A stretch of DNA of 64,000 nt from Promethearchaeota archaeon (GTDB lineage: Archaea; Asgardarchaeota; Heimdallarchaeia; Hodarchaeales; Hodarchaeaceae), in NCBI GenBank assembly GCA_048938105.1, contig JBHLMN010000013.1, positions 1 through 64,000 of the forward strand. Reading direction: 5' to 3'. The position numbers and the translations under genes are program-made. Below, piece by piece: positions 21,568-31,220 of the stretch. The notes under the pieces were generated by a model that was not told the origin of the DNA, did not search any database, and saw only the letters and a list, made by a program, of their open reading frames with translations. Numbering within the stretch: position 1 is the first letter of the stretch; each line of letters opens with the position of its first letter.

Positions 21568-21724
21568 CAGTTAAATCCTCTGAAAGCTGTTTGAATCTTT
21601 ATCATTGTGAATAGATTTGAAAAGATTCAATTCAAAAGACAAATACAAAAAGATCTTACTAATACAAGAAAGGATCAAATATATTTTAAAATGATTTTGA
21701 TATAATGATTCTCAGTGAAACATT

Positions 21725-23287
21725 GTGGTCGCTCCTTTCTTACCTTTTGTCGGGTTAACCGTTTTTGCATTGGTCAGACAGGTTGTTACAGACTATACTG
21801 CTCGTATGACTAAAAAGAAGCTAGCTAAATCCTTTCTGATAGAACGAATAGACTCTAAAATTGAGGCAAAACTTGGGAAAGATTTTCTAAAAAAGAGATT
21901 AAACAATGAAAATTTGGAGGAAATACGACAGATAATTCATGAAGAACTAGCTGCCTATTCTCCTCGTAAAGACATAGATCAACTAATTGTCAATAGTGCT
22001 ATGAAACTGAGTGATGAACATCAACAAATTCTGACAAAATTAGATAATGTAGAGTCCCTTCTCAAGAAAATTTCTATTCCATTGGCTTATAGTCTAGCAA
22101 AGGAGAGTGAGGAGGAGATCCCCGAGGAATTACTAACTGGAATTTTAGAGGGAAGTCTTCAGGGTCACGAATCATCTCAGAAAGTATTAACTGAGCTCAC
22201 AGAAGAGAACCAAGTGCCATCAGATATTTTTACCACTCTAAAAGAATTCGAATTTATAAAAAGAGTTAATGCAGAAGGAGAAACGGAAATATCTCGTTTA
22301 GTGAAGAAATTTACTACAAGTGAAGAGATTAACAGTTTAAGTACTTTAATGGACATCTCAACATTATTAATCGGAGGACCAAAAGAAGAACTAGACAATC
22401 TAATATCAGAATTTATTTTTAAGATGATAAATGAAGGTGTAAACACTTCCATTATTGAAGATTCAGTGATATCATTTTGTTTCTTAATTCATCGACTAGG
22501 AAAATTACACTTTCTCTCAGAAAATGATCGTTTAATCTTGGCTTCATTTTTAAGAAAAAATGTTCAAAAGATAGAAGACCCTACTCGAATGCTTGAAGCA
22601 TACTATTTACTTTCAGTTTTAGGGAAGGCTGATGACATTAATACCACTTTCATAAAAGAGATTTTAGAACGACACCAACAACAAGGAATTAGTTCAACTA
22701 AAGAAATGATGGGACAGTTACGAGTAGATGGAAGGTTGGCGCGGTTTTTAAAAAGATTAGGGTTTAAAACTCCTAAACCTCAGGCTTCTCTTCGCAATAT
22801 AAAATTTCTAATACGAAAATTAGAAAAGCGAAAGTTTATCAAAAGTACTCAATTATTGAAATACCAACTTGATCGTTTAATAACTGAGTTCAATCTTCTC
22901 ATCACATACTTTGAGAAAAAAGAGCCATCACAGGTTGATCTTGAAGAGATTGTTGAACTCATCCAACTTCTTTTAGAAATCTTAAACCGCCCGCAAGTTT
23001 TTGAATTAGATCTTGAAACACGAAAACGCGTACTTGAATTGATGGACGCTGCTTATTACCTCTACGATTTACTTGCTATTAGAAATTCTTGGAATTTAAT
23101 AAACACTTTTCAATTAGGTGTTAAATCCCTATATTCGCCCACACTCGGAAGTTATCAACGAATAACAACTGGCCAAGCAGAGTTTAATCGTACCCTTAGC
23201 GAATTCTCACGAAGAAGACTCCGAAGGGTTGAACGAGACTTACCAAGTCCTCCTCGAAAGGAAGCTAAAATTAAAAAGAGAGGGTAA
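21725..23287 (+). CDS. Large alpha-helical hypothetical protein with hydrophobic N-terminus
   Basis: 520-aa ORF rich in L/E/K; no recognisable motif. Confidence 0.65.
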   Translation: MVAPFLPFVGLTVFALVRQVVTDYTARMTKKKLAKSFLIERIDSKIEAKLGKDFLKKRLNNENLEEIRQIIHEELAAYSPRKDIDQLIVNSAMKLSDEHQQILTKLDNVESLLKKISIPLAYSLAKESEEEIPEELLTGILEGSLQGHESSQKVLTELTEENQVPSDIFTTLKEFEFIKRVNAEGETEISRLVKKFTTSEEINSLSTLMDISTLLIGGPKEELDNLISEFIFKMINEGVNTSIIEDSVISFCFLIHRLGKLHFLSENDRLILASFLRKNVQKIEDPTRMLEAYYLLSVLGKADDINTTFIKEILERHQQQGISSTKEMMGQLRVDGRLARFLKRLGFKTPKPQASLRNIKFLIRKLEKRKFIKSTQLLKYQLDRLITEFNLLITYFEKKEPSQVDLEEIVELIQLLLEILNRPQVFELDLETRKRVLELMDAAYYLYDLLAIRNSWNLINTFQLGVKSLYSPTLGSYQRITTGQAEFNRTLSEFSRRRLRRVERDLPSPPRKEAKIKKRG

Positions 23288-23592
23288 AATGAAGAGACAC
23301 TATATTTCAGAATTAAGTGAATTATTTTAATTTCCTTCACTAGTACTCGGAATTTTCCAGATATTCCTCTTTCTGTTGTTATCAGTATTGATCTATGGAA
23401 GCTGATGATAAAAAAGCGTAGTTTTTAAAGGATGGAGTCCTATTAAGGTTTGAGACTCTTAACAAGTCGATGACTTGCAAACATTTTTAATTAATCTTTC
23501 ATGGTTGTTGTTCCAACAACAGTAAGATGAAGTAGAAAGGAAAGTTAAATCAAGATCACATTTTAAGGCATGTTAATCGATCTGGTGTAAGT

Positions 23593-24618
23593 ATGCTCTT
23601 TGAAGGGATAATCCTGACAGTAATGGCCGATACTGGGCCGATGACTGAGCTTAATCTCTCAAAGTTAGATGATACAAGTGCAATGAAACTAAGTATCTCC
23701 CTTATGACCGCGTTAGGTCTAGGTGAGAGTCAAGATCAATTGAATCAGCTTCATGGCTCTTTCCCCGTTCCTGGCCGCAAGGAATTAGCTTTAGCTTATC
23801 CATTTATAGTTTCCTCTTCTACTTCCGCTGATCCTCGGATTCAAGCTTCTGGTCGATATTGCACTATTTTCCTCTTGTTTCTCCGTGAGACAAAACAAAA
23901 GGTACTAGCAAGTTATGAAATAATTGAACAAGTAATTTCAAGAATCCTTAAACCTGTTAAAAGACAAGATGATTTAACAGCCGATGTTTTAAAAGAGATT
24001 TATACAAATATTGAAAGCATAGTTGCAACTAGAGATGGAACAAGCACTCCTACAGCCATCAAACAGTCCACAGCAGATTTAGAACGACTTAAAATAGTTC
24101 ATGATCGTCATCAAATTCTTTCAGGAATAATACGAGAAATAACTCAAATCCAAACATCAATGGCCAAATTGTTAGACGAATTTATGATCTTTACAGACAC
24201 ACCAATATTAGAGGGAGCTTTCTATATGCGCCCAACTATCAAAGCTGAAGATTTCGTAAAGATATTACCAATGGTTTCCCGATATGAGAAGATTTTAGCG
24301 AGGCTGGACGGGGAAGACAAGGATACAGTGCGAGAGATCGTGGAACCTTCTATTCTAGTACGGATCGGTAATCTCTTCTATTGGAAGGCGCTAGCATCTC
24401 AACAGATACTCGAATATGAAAAAGCCATTGAGTTCTATATAAGGGCAAACCAGCTTAAGGACGACTCGGTATTGTATCTTACAATTGGATCCATTTACCG
24501 AAGAATCGATCGATCTGGTGATGCAAAGAATTGGATTGAGGGGGGATTTTCTCGGATGAGAAAGCGTAAAGAATCAATTAGGATATCTCGAAACATGCTT
24601 TTTGGAGATGTACGTTAA
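23593..24618 (+). CDS. uDENN/longin-like N-terminal domain plus C-terminal TPR protein
   Basis: IILTVMADTGP...HGSFPVP...LAYPF...DPRI...IFLLF resembles Asgard longin/uDENN-like domains; TPR-like IGNLFY...YEKAIEFYIRA...LYLTIGSIY. Confidence 0.6.
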   Translation: MLFEGIILTVMADTGPMTELNLSKLDDTSAMKLSISLMTALGLGESQDQLNQLHGSFPVPGRKELALAYPFIVSSSTSADPRIQASGRYCTIFLLFLRETKQKVLASYEIIEQVISRILKPVKRQDDLTADVLKEIYTNIESIVATRDGTSTPTAIKQSTADLERLKIVHDRHQILSGIIREITQIQTSMAKLLDEFMIFTDTPILEGAFYMRPTIKAEDFVKILPMVSRYEKILARLDGEDKDTVREIVEPSILVRIGNLFYWKALASQQILEYEKAIEFYIRANQLKDDSVLYLTIGSIYRRIDRSGDAKNWIEGGFSRMRKRKESIRISRNMLFGDVR

Positions 24619-24668
24619 CAGCTTAAAAAATACATCAGAATTCCCTCCCAAATTATCCGAAGAGTTAT

Positions 24669-25928
24669 CTATTGACTCGCATTACGTTTTCGTTTTTGTT
24701 TCTCAGGATTACTAGAAGACAATGCTCCTCCTGTTAATCCCACTTCTTTAGCTAGTTCCATGAATGGAAGAACCATTTGCGCTACTGACTTATATGCATC
24801 CTGTCCTTCTCCTAATAATATCATTCGATCCACATTGATATTCTTGAAAATCTCTGGAAGCATATCAATAGTTTTTAATTGGATGTATTTTTCGTCTGCT
24901 TGACTTAGGGCTTTTGCTTGCTCCAGAATCCCTTTAGCTAAAGCAATTTGAGTTTGACTGATCTTGGCCGCCTCACCTTCTGCTTCTGCGAGTAACTGGT
25001 CTTTACGTGCCTCTGCTTGCTGACGAATACGTTCCGCTTCTACACCAACTTCTTGTGTGACTCTAAGGTATTTTTCGGCTTCTGCATTAATTTGTTTTTG
25101 TCGACGTTCTGTTTCAGCTGCAATAATTGCGCGTTCTTGCTCTAATTGAGCGATTTGAATTTCTCTGTTCTTAGCTTTCGTTTCAATAGAAAGTTTAACC
25201 TCTTGATCTGACATGCCCGTTTTTTGGCGTACATCAAGGTTACGGAGTTGCACACGTTCTTCCATTTCAGCTTGTCGAAGTTGTGCGTTCTGAGCTTCTT
25301 CGATTTTTTTCACAGCTTCTAGATTATCTTTTAAACGGTCATCGAGAACCTCAACATCCCGAATTTCAATGGATTCAATTGTAATCCCCCAATCTCCTGA
25401 AAGTGCATGGAGCTCTGTAGTGACATTTTTGATAATCTCTGCTCGGTTTCGAATAATCTGTTCTATTTTCATATTAGCGCATGTTGTCCGAATAATTGCT
25501 TCTGTGGCGTTTTTAATCGCTTTTTCAACATAATCAGTTCGTGCCGGGTTCCAACTTACTTTGGAAAAAGATATCTCAGGGTTTGTGACTCTCCAATAAA
25601 CAAATGCAGTTAGTGCGACATCTTGGTATTCATAAGAAACAACCTTTTCCCGAGCTTCCAATAAGGTCTGTTGTACAGTCGTAGGGATGACCACTATTTC
25701 ATCAAAAATAGGCCATAATATTACAGTCCCACCTGTACCTGCTCTTTTCACCTTTCCACGTCGGAAGTGAATGACATACTCATTAGTTTTAAATTTCTTG
25801 AATCGGGAGACATAAAATATGATTATTAGCAGAAATATAATAAACCCGATTACAAAGATTGGTCCAATTAAATAGATCCAATCTTCCAAACCTTGAAGAA
25901 AGAATGTCTGTTGCATTTTTTTCACCAA
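24669..25928 (-). CDS. Flotillin-like SPFH/band 7 protein
   Basis: N-terminal TM, SPFH domain (WGITIESIEIRDV) and AEAE-rich coiled coil (LLAEAEGEAAKI). Confidence 0.9.
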   Translation of the reverse strand: MVKKMQQTFFLQGLEDWIYLIGPIFVIGFIIFLLIIIFYVSRFKKFKTNEYVIHFRRGKVKRAGTGGTVILWPIFDEIVVIPTTVQQTLLEAREKVVSYEYQDVALTAFVYWRVTNPEISFSKVSWNPARTDYVEKAIKNATEAIIRTTCANMKIEQIIRNRAEIIKNVTTELHALSGDWGITIESIEIRDVEVLDDRLKDNLEAVKKIEEAQNAQLRQAEMEERVQLRNLDVRQKTGMSDQEVKLSIETKAKNREIQIAQLEQERAIIAAETERRQKQINAEAEKYLRVTQEVGVEAERIRQQAEARKDQLLAEAEGEAAKISQTQIALAKGILEQAKALSQADEKYIQLKTIDMLPEIFKNINVDRMILLGEGQDAYKSVAQMVLPFMELAKEVGLTGGALSSSNPEKQKRKRNASQ

Positions 25929-25948
25929 ATATTACTATCAATTGTATT

Positions 25949-26761
25949 TTATTCCCATTCTATTTTACCTTCTGGAAGTGGTTTCTTTTCTGTTTCCGTT
26001 GAAGACCATTCGTCGATAATAAGGGTATTACCTTGGATTTCAACAACAAAAGCTGTCATATTTCTAGCGATGGCACCATATTTGGTCTTAGCGGCCATTT
26101 TCACAGGGCCGTGAATTGAGGAGGTTTCGATCACTACAAGACCACCTTTTTCATCTACAGTGGTAAGAGTTTGGACTGTATCATCAATTTTTATTGTCTC
26201 TAAAGCGGTCTCATATATTTCTGAGACTGCAATTTTCTCCCAGATTTTATTTGTCCCATAAGTAGTCCCAAAAGGAACGATAAAAATGATAAGGATTAAA
26301 ACGAGAGAAGTCAAGAAAGGCCCTTGAACAGCTGCATCGATAAGTAACAGACCAGAAGCCCCAAATGTTATCATGAAGGTACCTAATAAAAGCATTAAGG
26401 GGGTGGGAGTTTCAACACCATGATCATCGAAACCTATGTGTTTATCGACACCAACACTAACATCATGGTCAATATCAACATTTGTATCAAGACTTAGATC
26501 AGCATGTCCAACGTCTAATCCCCCATGATCTAGCGACACATCATGATCTAATGTAATATCATGATCAAGCGAAAAATCTTTGTCTAAAGATACACCATGG
26601 TCAACATCGTGGTCAAAATCAGCACCATGATGGAAAAGATGGCTTCCTTGAAGAAAAATCGTTAGAAAGAAAATGATTAAACCAGAGATCAAACTACCCC
26701 AGCAGATTTGTTTGAGGATCTCTAGAAGAAGGGTTAAATCAAAAGGTGCCATATTTCTCAA
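25949..26761 (-). CDS. YqiJ/NfeD-like membrane partner of flotillin with a His/Asp-rich loop
   Basis: TM - DH-rich repeats - two TMs - C-terminal OB-like domain (VVEIQGNTLII); directly upstream of the flotillin gene. Confidence 0.8.
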   Translation of the reverse strand: MRNMAPFDLTLLLEILKQICWGSLISGLIIFFLTIFLQGSHLFHHGADFDHDVDHGVSLDKDFSLDHDITLDHDVSLDHGGLDVGHADLSLDTNVDIDHDVSVGVDKHIGFDDHGVETPTPLMLLLGTFMITFGASGLLLIDAAVQGPFLTSLVLILIIFIVPFGTTYGTNKIWEKIAVSEIYETALETIKIDDTVQTLTTVDEKGGLVVIETSSIHGPVKMAAKTKYGAIARNMTAFVVEIQGNTLIIDEWSSTETEKKPLPEGKIEWE

Positions 26762-27201
26762 TTACTCCAAACACTTGTGATCTTTTATATTTTTACTTTG
26801 CAGAACTTCAACTTAATTCGGAATATGACCTCAACTTGACGAAGGATTTATACTCACTTCAACTGATTATTATATATTATTGCGTAATTGCAATCTGAAT
26901 TAGCTTGTGTTATGTAAGTTAAAGTAGAATTCGAAGTAAAGCAGTCGCAATTGTGTATTGAGGGTTCATAGAGATATAAGAAGTGTTCTATGAGAAGAAC
27001 AAAAAAGACGAAATCAGATATTGTGACAGAGCATCAGGTAATAGAAAACCTATTTCAAAGATTACATACGAAATAAATCTTTAATCTATGAATATTGCCA
27101 TATGAATATAGGATTATTCAACTAGAATTCCATATAGAACCATTAAAGCAGGTTGAATTTACTAACAGTTTTTCTTTAAATTTTAAGAAGAAATTAAATT
27201 T

Positions 27202-27264
27202 ACCCATATCATGTATACATATTTGACCCCTATGAGTAACCCATATGAGCAAACCTTTATTTAT
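27202..27264 (+). promoter_or_regulatory. Direct-repeat operator array (ACCCMTATGAG) adjacent to the putative TATA box of the liu operon
   Basis: ACCCCTATGAG 27226-27236, ACCCATATGAG 27239-27249 and ACCCATATCAT 27202-27212, followed by TTTATTTAT at 27256. Confidence 0.5.
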
Positions 27265-27405
27265 CCCTTACGAATGGTTATTTTTATGAACCTCTAGTGG
27301 CCTCCACCTTGTGGAGATCCCAGAATGATCTTCTTCCGATCCTTACTCAGTAGACTGGTAATAGGGGCCTAATCCTCTACTCAGAAAAGTGTTGATGTGG
27401 TTTTC

Positions 27406-29097
27406 ATGTTTAATCGGATTCTCATTGCTAATAGAGGAGAGATTGCCAGTCGAGTTATTAATTCTGCTCAGGAGATGGGAATAGAAACTGTTGCTATTTA
27501 TTCTGATGTCGATGAGGATGCTGTTCAGGTTCACGCTGCGAATTTTGCTTATCCTTTAGGAGACCCTATTCCATCTAAAAGCTATCTGAATATGGATAAA
27601 ATTATTAGCATTGCTCTCGAAAGTGAATCAGAAGCGATTCATCCTGGGTATGGTTTTTTGTCTGAAAACGCCAAATTTGCCAAGAAGGTTATTGATGCAG
27701 GATTAATTTGGATTGGTCCAACTCCTGAAGCTCTCCATGCAGTTGGCGACAAGATTCAGGCAAAAAAAACAATGGAAGCTGCAAACATTCCCGTCATTCC
27801 AGGTTATCATGGAAGATCTCGCAATAAGAAATACCTTTTGAAGAAAGCACAAGAAATTGGTTTTCCGCTCTTGATTAAAGCTACTGCTGGTGGTGGGGGA
27901 CGAGGTATGCGGATTGTTAACTCTAAGGAAGAATTCTTTTCTTCATATGATAGTGCACGACGAGAAGCTAAAGCGGCTTTCGGGAATGGTGATGTTTTTC
28001 TCGAAAAATACTTTGAACATATACATCATATCGAGTTTCAAATCTTAGGAGATCATTTTGGGAATATTATTCATTTAAATGAACGGGAGTGTTCTATCCA
28101 ACGCCGTCATCAGAAAATCATTGAAGAAACCCCTTCTATGGCGTTGGGTGATAAGTTAAGGAAACAGATGGGAGAGGTAGCCATTGCTGCCGCTCGCGCA
28201 GTAAATTATACTAACGCTGGCTCTGTCGAATTTATTCTTGATCAGGATAATAATTTCTATTTTATGGAAATCAACGCTCGATTACAAGTGGAACACGCGA
28301 TTACTGAAGCCACCACTGGAATCGATCTTGTGAAATGGCAGATTAAAATCGCTGCTGGCCAAGAAATTTCAATAAAACAGGAAGATGTTCTTGGAAGGGG
28401 TCATTCATTAGAATTCCGTATTTATGCAGAAAATCCAGAAAAACACTTCATGCCTACTGCAGGGAAGATTTACCAAATGCAATTCCCTGTTGGTGCCAAT
28501 ATCCGCACTGATTTGGGAATTCCTACTTCAGGGGGGGAAGTTTCTACTTTCTACGACCCAATGATTGCAAAATTAATTGTGCATGCCGAGAATCGCGAAG
28601 AAGCAATTCAAAAAATGCGTTGGGCGTTACGTAATTACTCTGCTCAAGGAGTGAAGACTAATATTCCCTTTTTAAAAGAGGTTCTCAACCATCCCGATTT
28701 TCTGGCGGGGGATACTTATACAGACTTTGTCGATGCTCATTTTTATAAATGGAAAGAATATAAAGAAACCCCCAATGAAGTTCTATTAGCCGCCGCACTT
28801 TTTGAAGTAATGGAACCTTTTATGACGGCGGGTAACGATGTTAATGCATCTGCTGTGTTAAATGGTATAGATCCGCATTCAACAGCAATCTGGCGAAAGA
28901 TGGGGACGTGGGGCCGAGAAAGTCTTGATGTGATATCAGATAAAATAACTGGTACTTTAGGTAAAGGAAAAAAGGCTATTAAAAAGATCATTCCAGTCAA
29001 GGGAAAGGATATTGGGTCCTCGTTCCTCCCTGATTCAGATCCTTTCTCTCCATGGAGAAGTTTAGGCTCATGGAAACTTAACAAGAATGAAAAGTAG
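27406..29097 (+). CDS. Biotin carboxylase subunit of methylcrotonyl-CoA carboxylase
   Basis: ILIANRGEIA, HPGYGFLSEN, GGGGRGMR, ERECSIQRRHQK, EINARLQVEH and YDPMIAKL motifs; operon context with MccB and hydratase. Confidence 0.92.
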   Translation: MFNRILIANRGEIASRVINSAQEMGIETVAIYSDVDEDAVQVHAANFAYPLGDPIPSKSYLNMDKIISIALESESEAIHPGYGFLSENAKFAKKVIDAGLIWIGPTPEALHAVGDKIQAKKTMEAANIPVIPGYHGRSRNKKYLLKKAQEIGFPLLIKATAGGGGRGMRIVNSKEEFFSSYDSARREAKAAFGNGDVFLEKYFEHIHHIEFQILGDHFGNIIHLNERECSIQRRHQKIIEETPSMALGDKLRKQMGEVAIAAARAVNYTNAGSVEFILDQDNNFYFMEINARLQVEHAITEATTGIDLVKWQIKIAAGQEISIKQEDVLGRGHSLEFRIYAENPEKHFMPTAGKIYQMQFPVGANIRTDLGIPTSGGEVSTFYDPMIAKLIVHAENREEAIQKMRWALRNYSAQGVKTNIPFLKEVLNHPDFLAGDTYTDFVDAHFYKWKEYKETPNEVLLAAALFEVMEPFMTAGNDVNASAVLNGIDPHSTAIWRKMGTWGRESLDVISDKITGTLGKGKKAIKKIIPVKGKDIGSSFLPDSDPFSPWRSLGSWKLNKNEK

Positions 29098-29105
29098 GAG
29101 CAACC

Positions 29106-29663
29106 ATGAGCGAAATTTTCAATTTCGATGATGGTAAACACAGGTTTGAAGTTCGGCTTCGTCGGAATGAAAACAATTCATATGTAATAGTGATTAATAG
29201 GGGAGAGGAAGAGGAGGAGAAGGAACTTCAAGTTAGTGCGAAAGTGCTTGGAGCTGGACAATTTCAGTTTTCTTTAGATAATGTTATCTACAAGTGTTCT
29301 GTTTCAAAAGATGCTGATGTTAGATTTATTCATTTAGATGGTGAAGATTACGAAATAACACGAGTAAGCGAAAAAATGGACGAATTTGGAGAGGCAGAAG
29401 AAGATCTAGGAAGTTTGTCAAGTCCTATGCCAGGAAGAATAGTGAAATTGTTAGTAAAACTTGGAGATCAGGTGAAAAAAGGTCAAGATCTTATCATTGT
29501 TGAGGCCATGAAAATGGAAAATAAGATTGCTGCGCCCTTTGATGGAACAGTAATAAGAATTTTTTTTCCTGAGGGGGATCAAATTGAAGCTAATGTGCCA
29601 TTAATCGAAATAGAAGAAAAAAAAGAACAAATAGAAGAAAATGAAGTGGAGATAAAGGATTAA
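29106..29663 (+). CDS. BT domain plus biotin carboxyl carrier protein
   Basis: SPMPGRIV and the EAMKM biotinylation motif. Confidence 0.92.
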   Translation: MSEIFNFDDGKHRFEVRLRRNENNSYVIVINRGEEEEEKELQVSAKVLGAGQFQFSLDNVIYKCSVSKDADVRFIHLDGEDYEITRVSEKMDEFGEAEEDLGSLSSPMPGRIVKLLVKLGDQVKKGQDLIIVEAMKMENKIAAPFDGTVIRIFFPEGDQIEANVPLIEIEEKKEQIEENEVEIKD

Positions 29664-29757
29664 AAGAAAATTTTTGCTAATTAGCTATTGATTATTTCAA
29701 TAATAATTTTGATTTGATTTTTCCAGGAATAAAACTGTGAGTAAGGAAACGCTTTAG

Positions 29758-29900
29758 GTTATTAAAACTGATGAAAACATATTCAGTTTTATTCATATGA
29801 TGTCATTAACTAGCTCGTCACCGAAGCTGGTCTCCATCGTGTAGGATGTAACCCGACATCCTCTATCCTGTCAGCATCAACAGCGTTCAGGAATGCTTTT
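29758..29900 (-). ncRNA. Putative omegaRNA scaffold / right end of the tnpB element
   Basis: Overlaps the tnpB 3' end as is typical for TnpB; terminal hairpin TAAAACTGA-N11-TCAGTTTTA followed by ATAAC; 5' boundary is a guess. Confidence 0.55.
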
Positions 29901-31021
29901 TTCATAATATTATAGGCACCATTCACATCAGCATTAATAACAGTGCCTTTTTGAGATTTGAATAGCCCTCTAGTCATTCTTCGGCCTAGATATTTGCTAT
30001 GATGTCCGATTGGCTCATTATCCAAAAAAGAACACCTACTTGAATAACTTTCCTCTTGCCTAACGACCGTTATCCCCTGCTCTGTGGCTTTATATTCCAA
30101 CTGTTTAATTAGCCTGTAGTACGGAATGGTGACAAAATTTTGGGTATTCATTTTACCCATCTTGCGGTTTTGTTTCCAATCGGGGTTGTAACCGATAACA
30201 ACTGTTCCAATGTCATTCATTACACAGTACTCAATAATCTTCTTACTAGTTTTATGGAAATAGTCTTTTATTTTCCTATTACGCTTTATGGTTAATTTTT
30301 GCATGGTTTTACCTGTTTTTATTCCTTGATGGTCATAAATTGATTGAATTCTGGCTCTTTTTTTGTTATAGTATTGATTAATGGATTTGATAATCCCACC
30401 TTTAATAACAAACGGTTTCAAACCGTTGTTATTTACTATAGTTATGAGATTGCGCACTCCTAAATCAATAGCTACGATATTATCTTTATTCAAGAGCTTA
30501 GGAAAAATTTTTTTCTTATAGATAATTTCTACTATATATCCTACCCCTTTTGGGATAATTCGTACCTCTCTGATGTCAGTTTTATCTGGTAGTCTTGTTT
30601 TTATTTTTAGACCTACTTTTTTAGGGAATCGAAGGGTGTCCGTTTTTAGCTTCACTTGTTGGTTGGTAAAAATAAGTATAAACTCCCCATTCTTGGATTT
30701 GTATTTAGGGATACTTGGTTCGGACTTAAATTTTGATGGATCCCTTTTCCACTCTTTAATGGCACCAAAAAAACTTTTCCAGTTCCTATCAAGAACTTTC
30801 AAGACCTGTTGGGCTGTCTGAGCAGGAAGCAAGTGATAATTATTAGAGGATTTTAGTAGATGATACAGGGAATTATATCGAATCCATTTACCGTGATTGA
30901 AGAACTCCTGACGGATCAGGTAGTTTCCTTCGTTGTAGAGGTTTTTTGAGAGATGACAGAGCCACGACAGGGCTTTGTGTGTTTTTAAGCAAATCTGTTC
31001 TGTTCGAGTCACTTTCATCAT
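29810..31021 (-). mobile_element. tnpB: IS200/IS605-family (IS1341-like, no tnpA) RNA-guided nuclease TnpB with rearranged RuvC-II
   Basis: SKNLYN, AQTAQQ, RuvC-I AIDLG, Gly at the canonical RuvC-II position (VVIGYN), alternative Glu in QEESYSS, RuvC-III NADVNGAYNI; SD GAGGTG. Confidence 0.93.
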
Positions 31022-31029
31022 CTACACCT

Positions 31030-31220
31030 CACTTTGATTGAATTTCCTGAGAGGATTTTTGTTCTAAGTTATTGATAAATTTTTGCTGTAATTGGTAGAA
31101 ATTATCTCATTTTCGTTTACGGATTGTATATACTCGTTCATAGATGCCTTTAGCTAAAGCGTTTGGAGACTCTAACATCTGTTCCTAAATACTCTCATTT
31201 GTTCGGTCAAGCAACATCAC
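31030..31220 (-). pseudogene. Possible decayed ORF immediately upstream of tnpB
   Basis: One frame reads VMLLDRTNESI*EQMLESPNALAKGIYERVYTIRKRK*DNFYQLQQKFINNLEQKSSQEIQSK*, and its last TGA overlaps the tnpB SD. Confidence 0.3.

Noticed and set aside
23428-23482. Fluoride-riboswitch-like words (GATGGAGT...GATGACTT)
   Set aside because: P1 and pseudoknot pairing are imperfect, the 3' part is better explained as the hairpin CAAGTC-GAT-GACTTG, and the downstream gene is not fluoride-related; an Rfam scan would settle it
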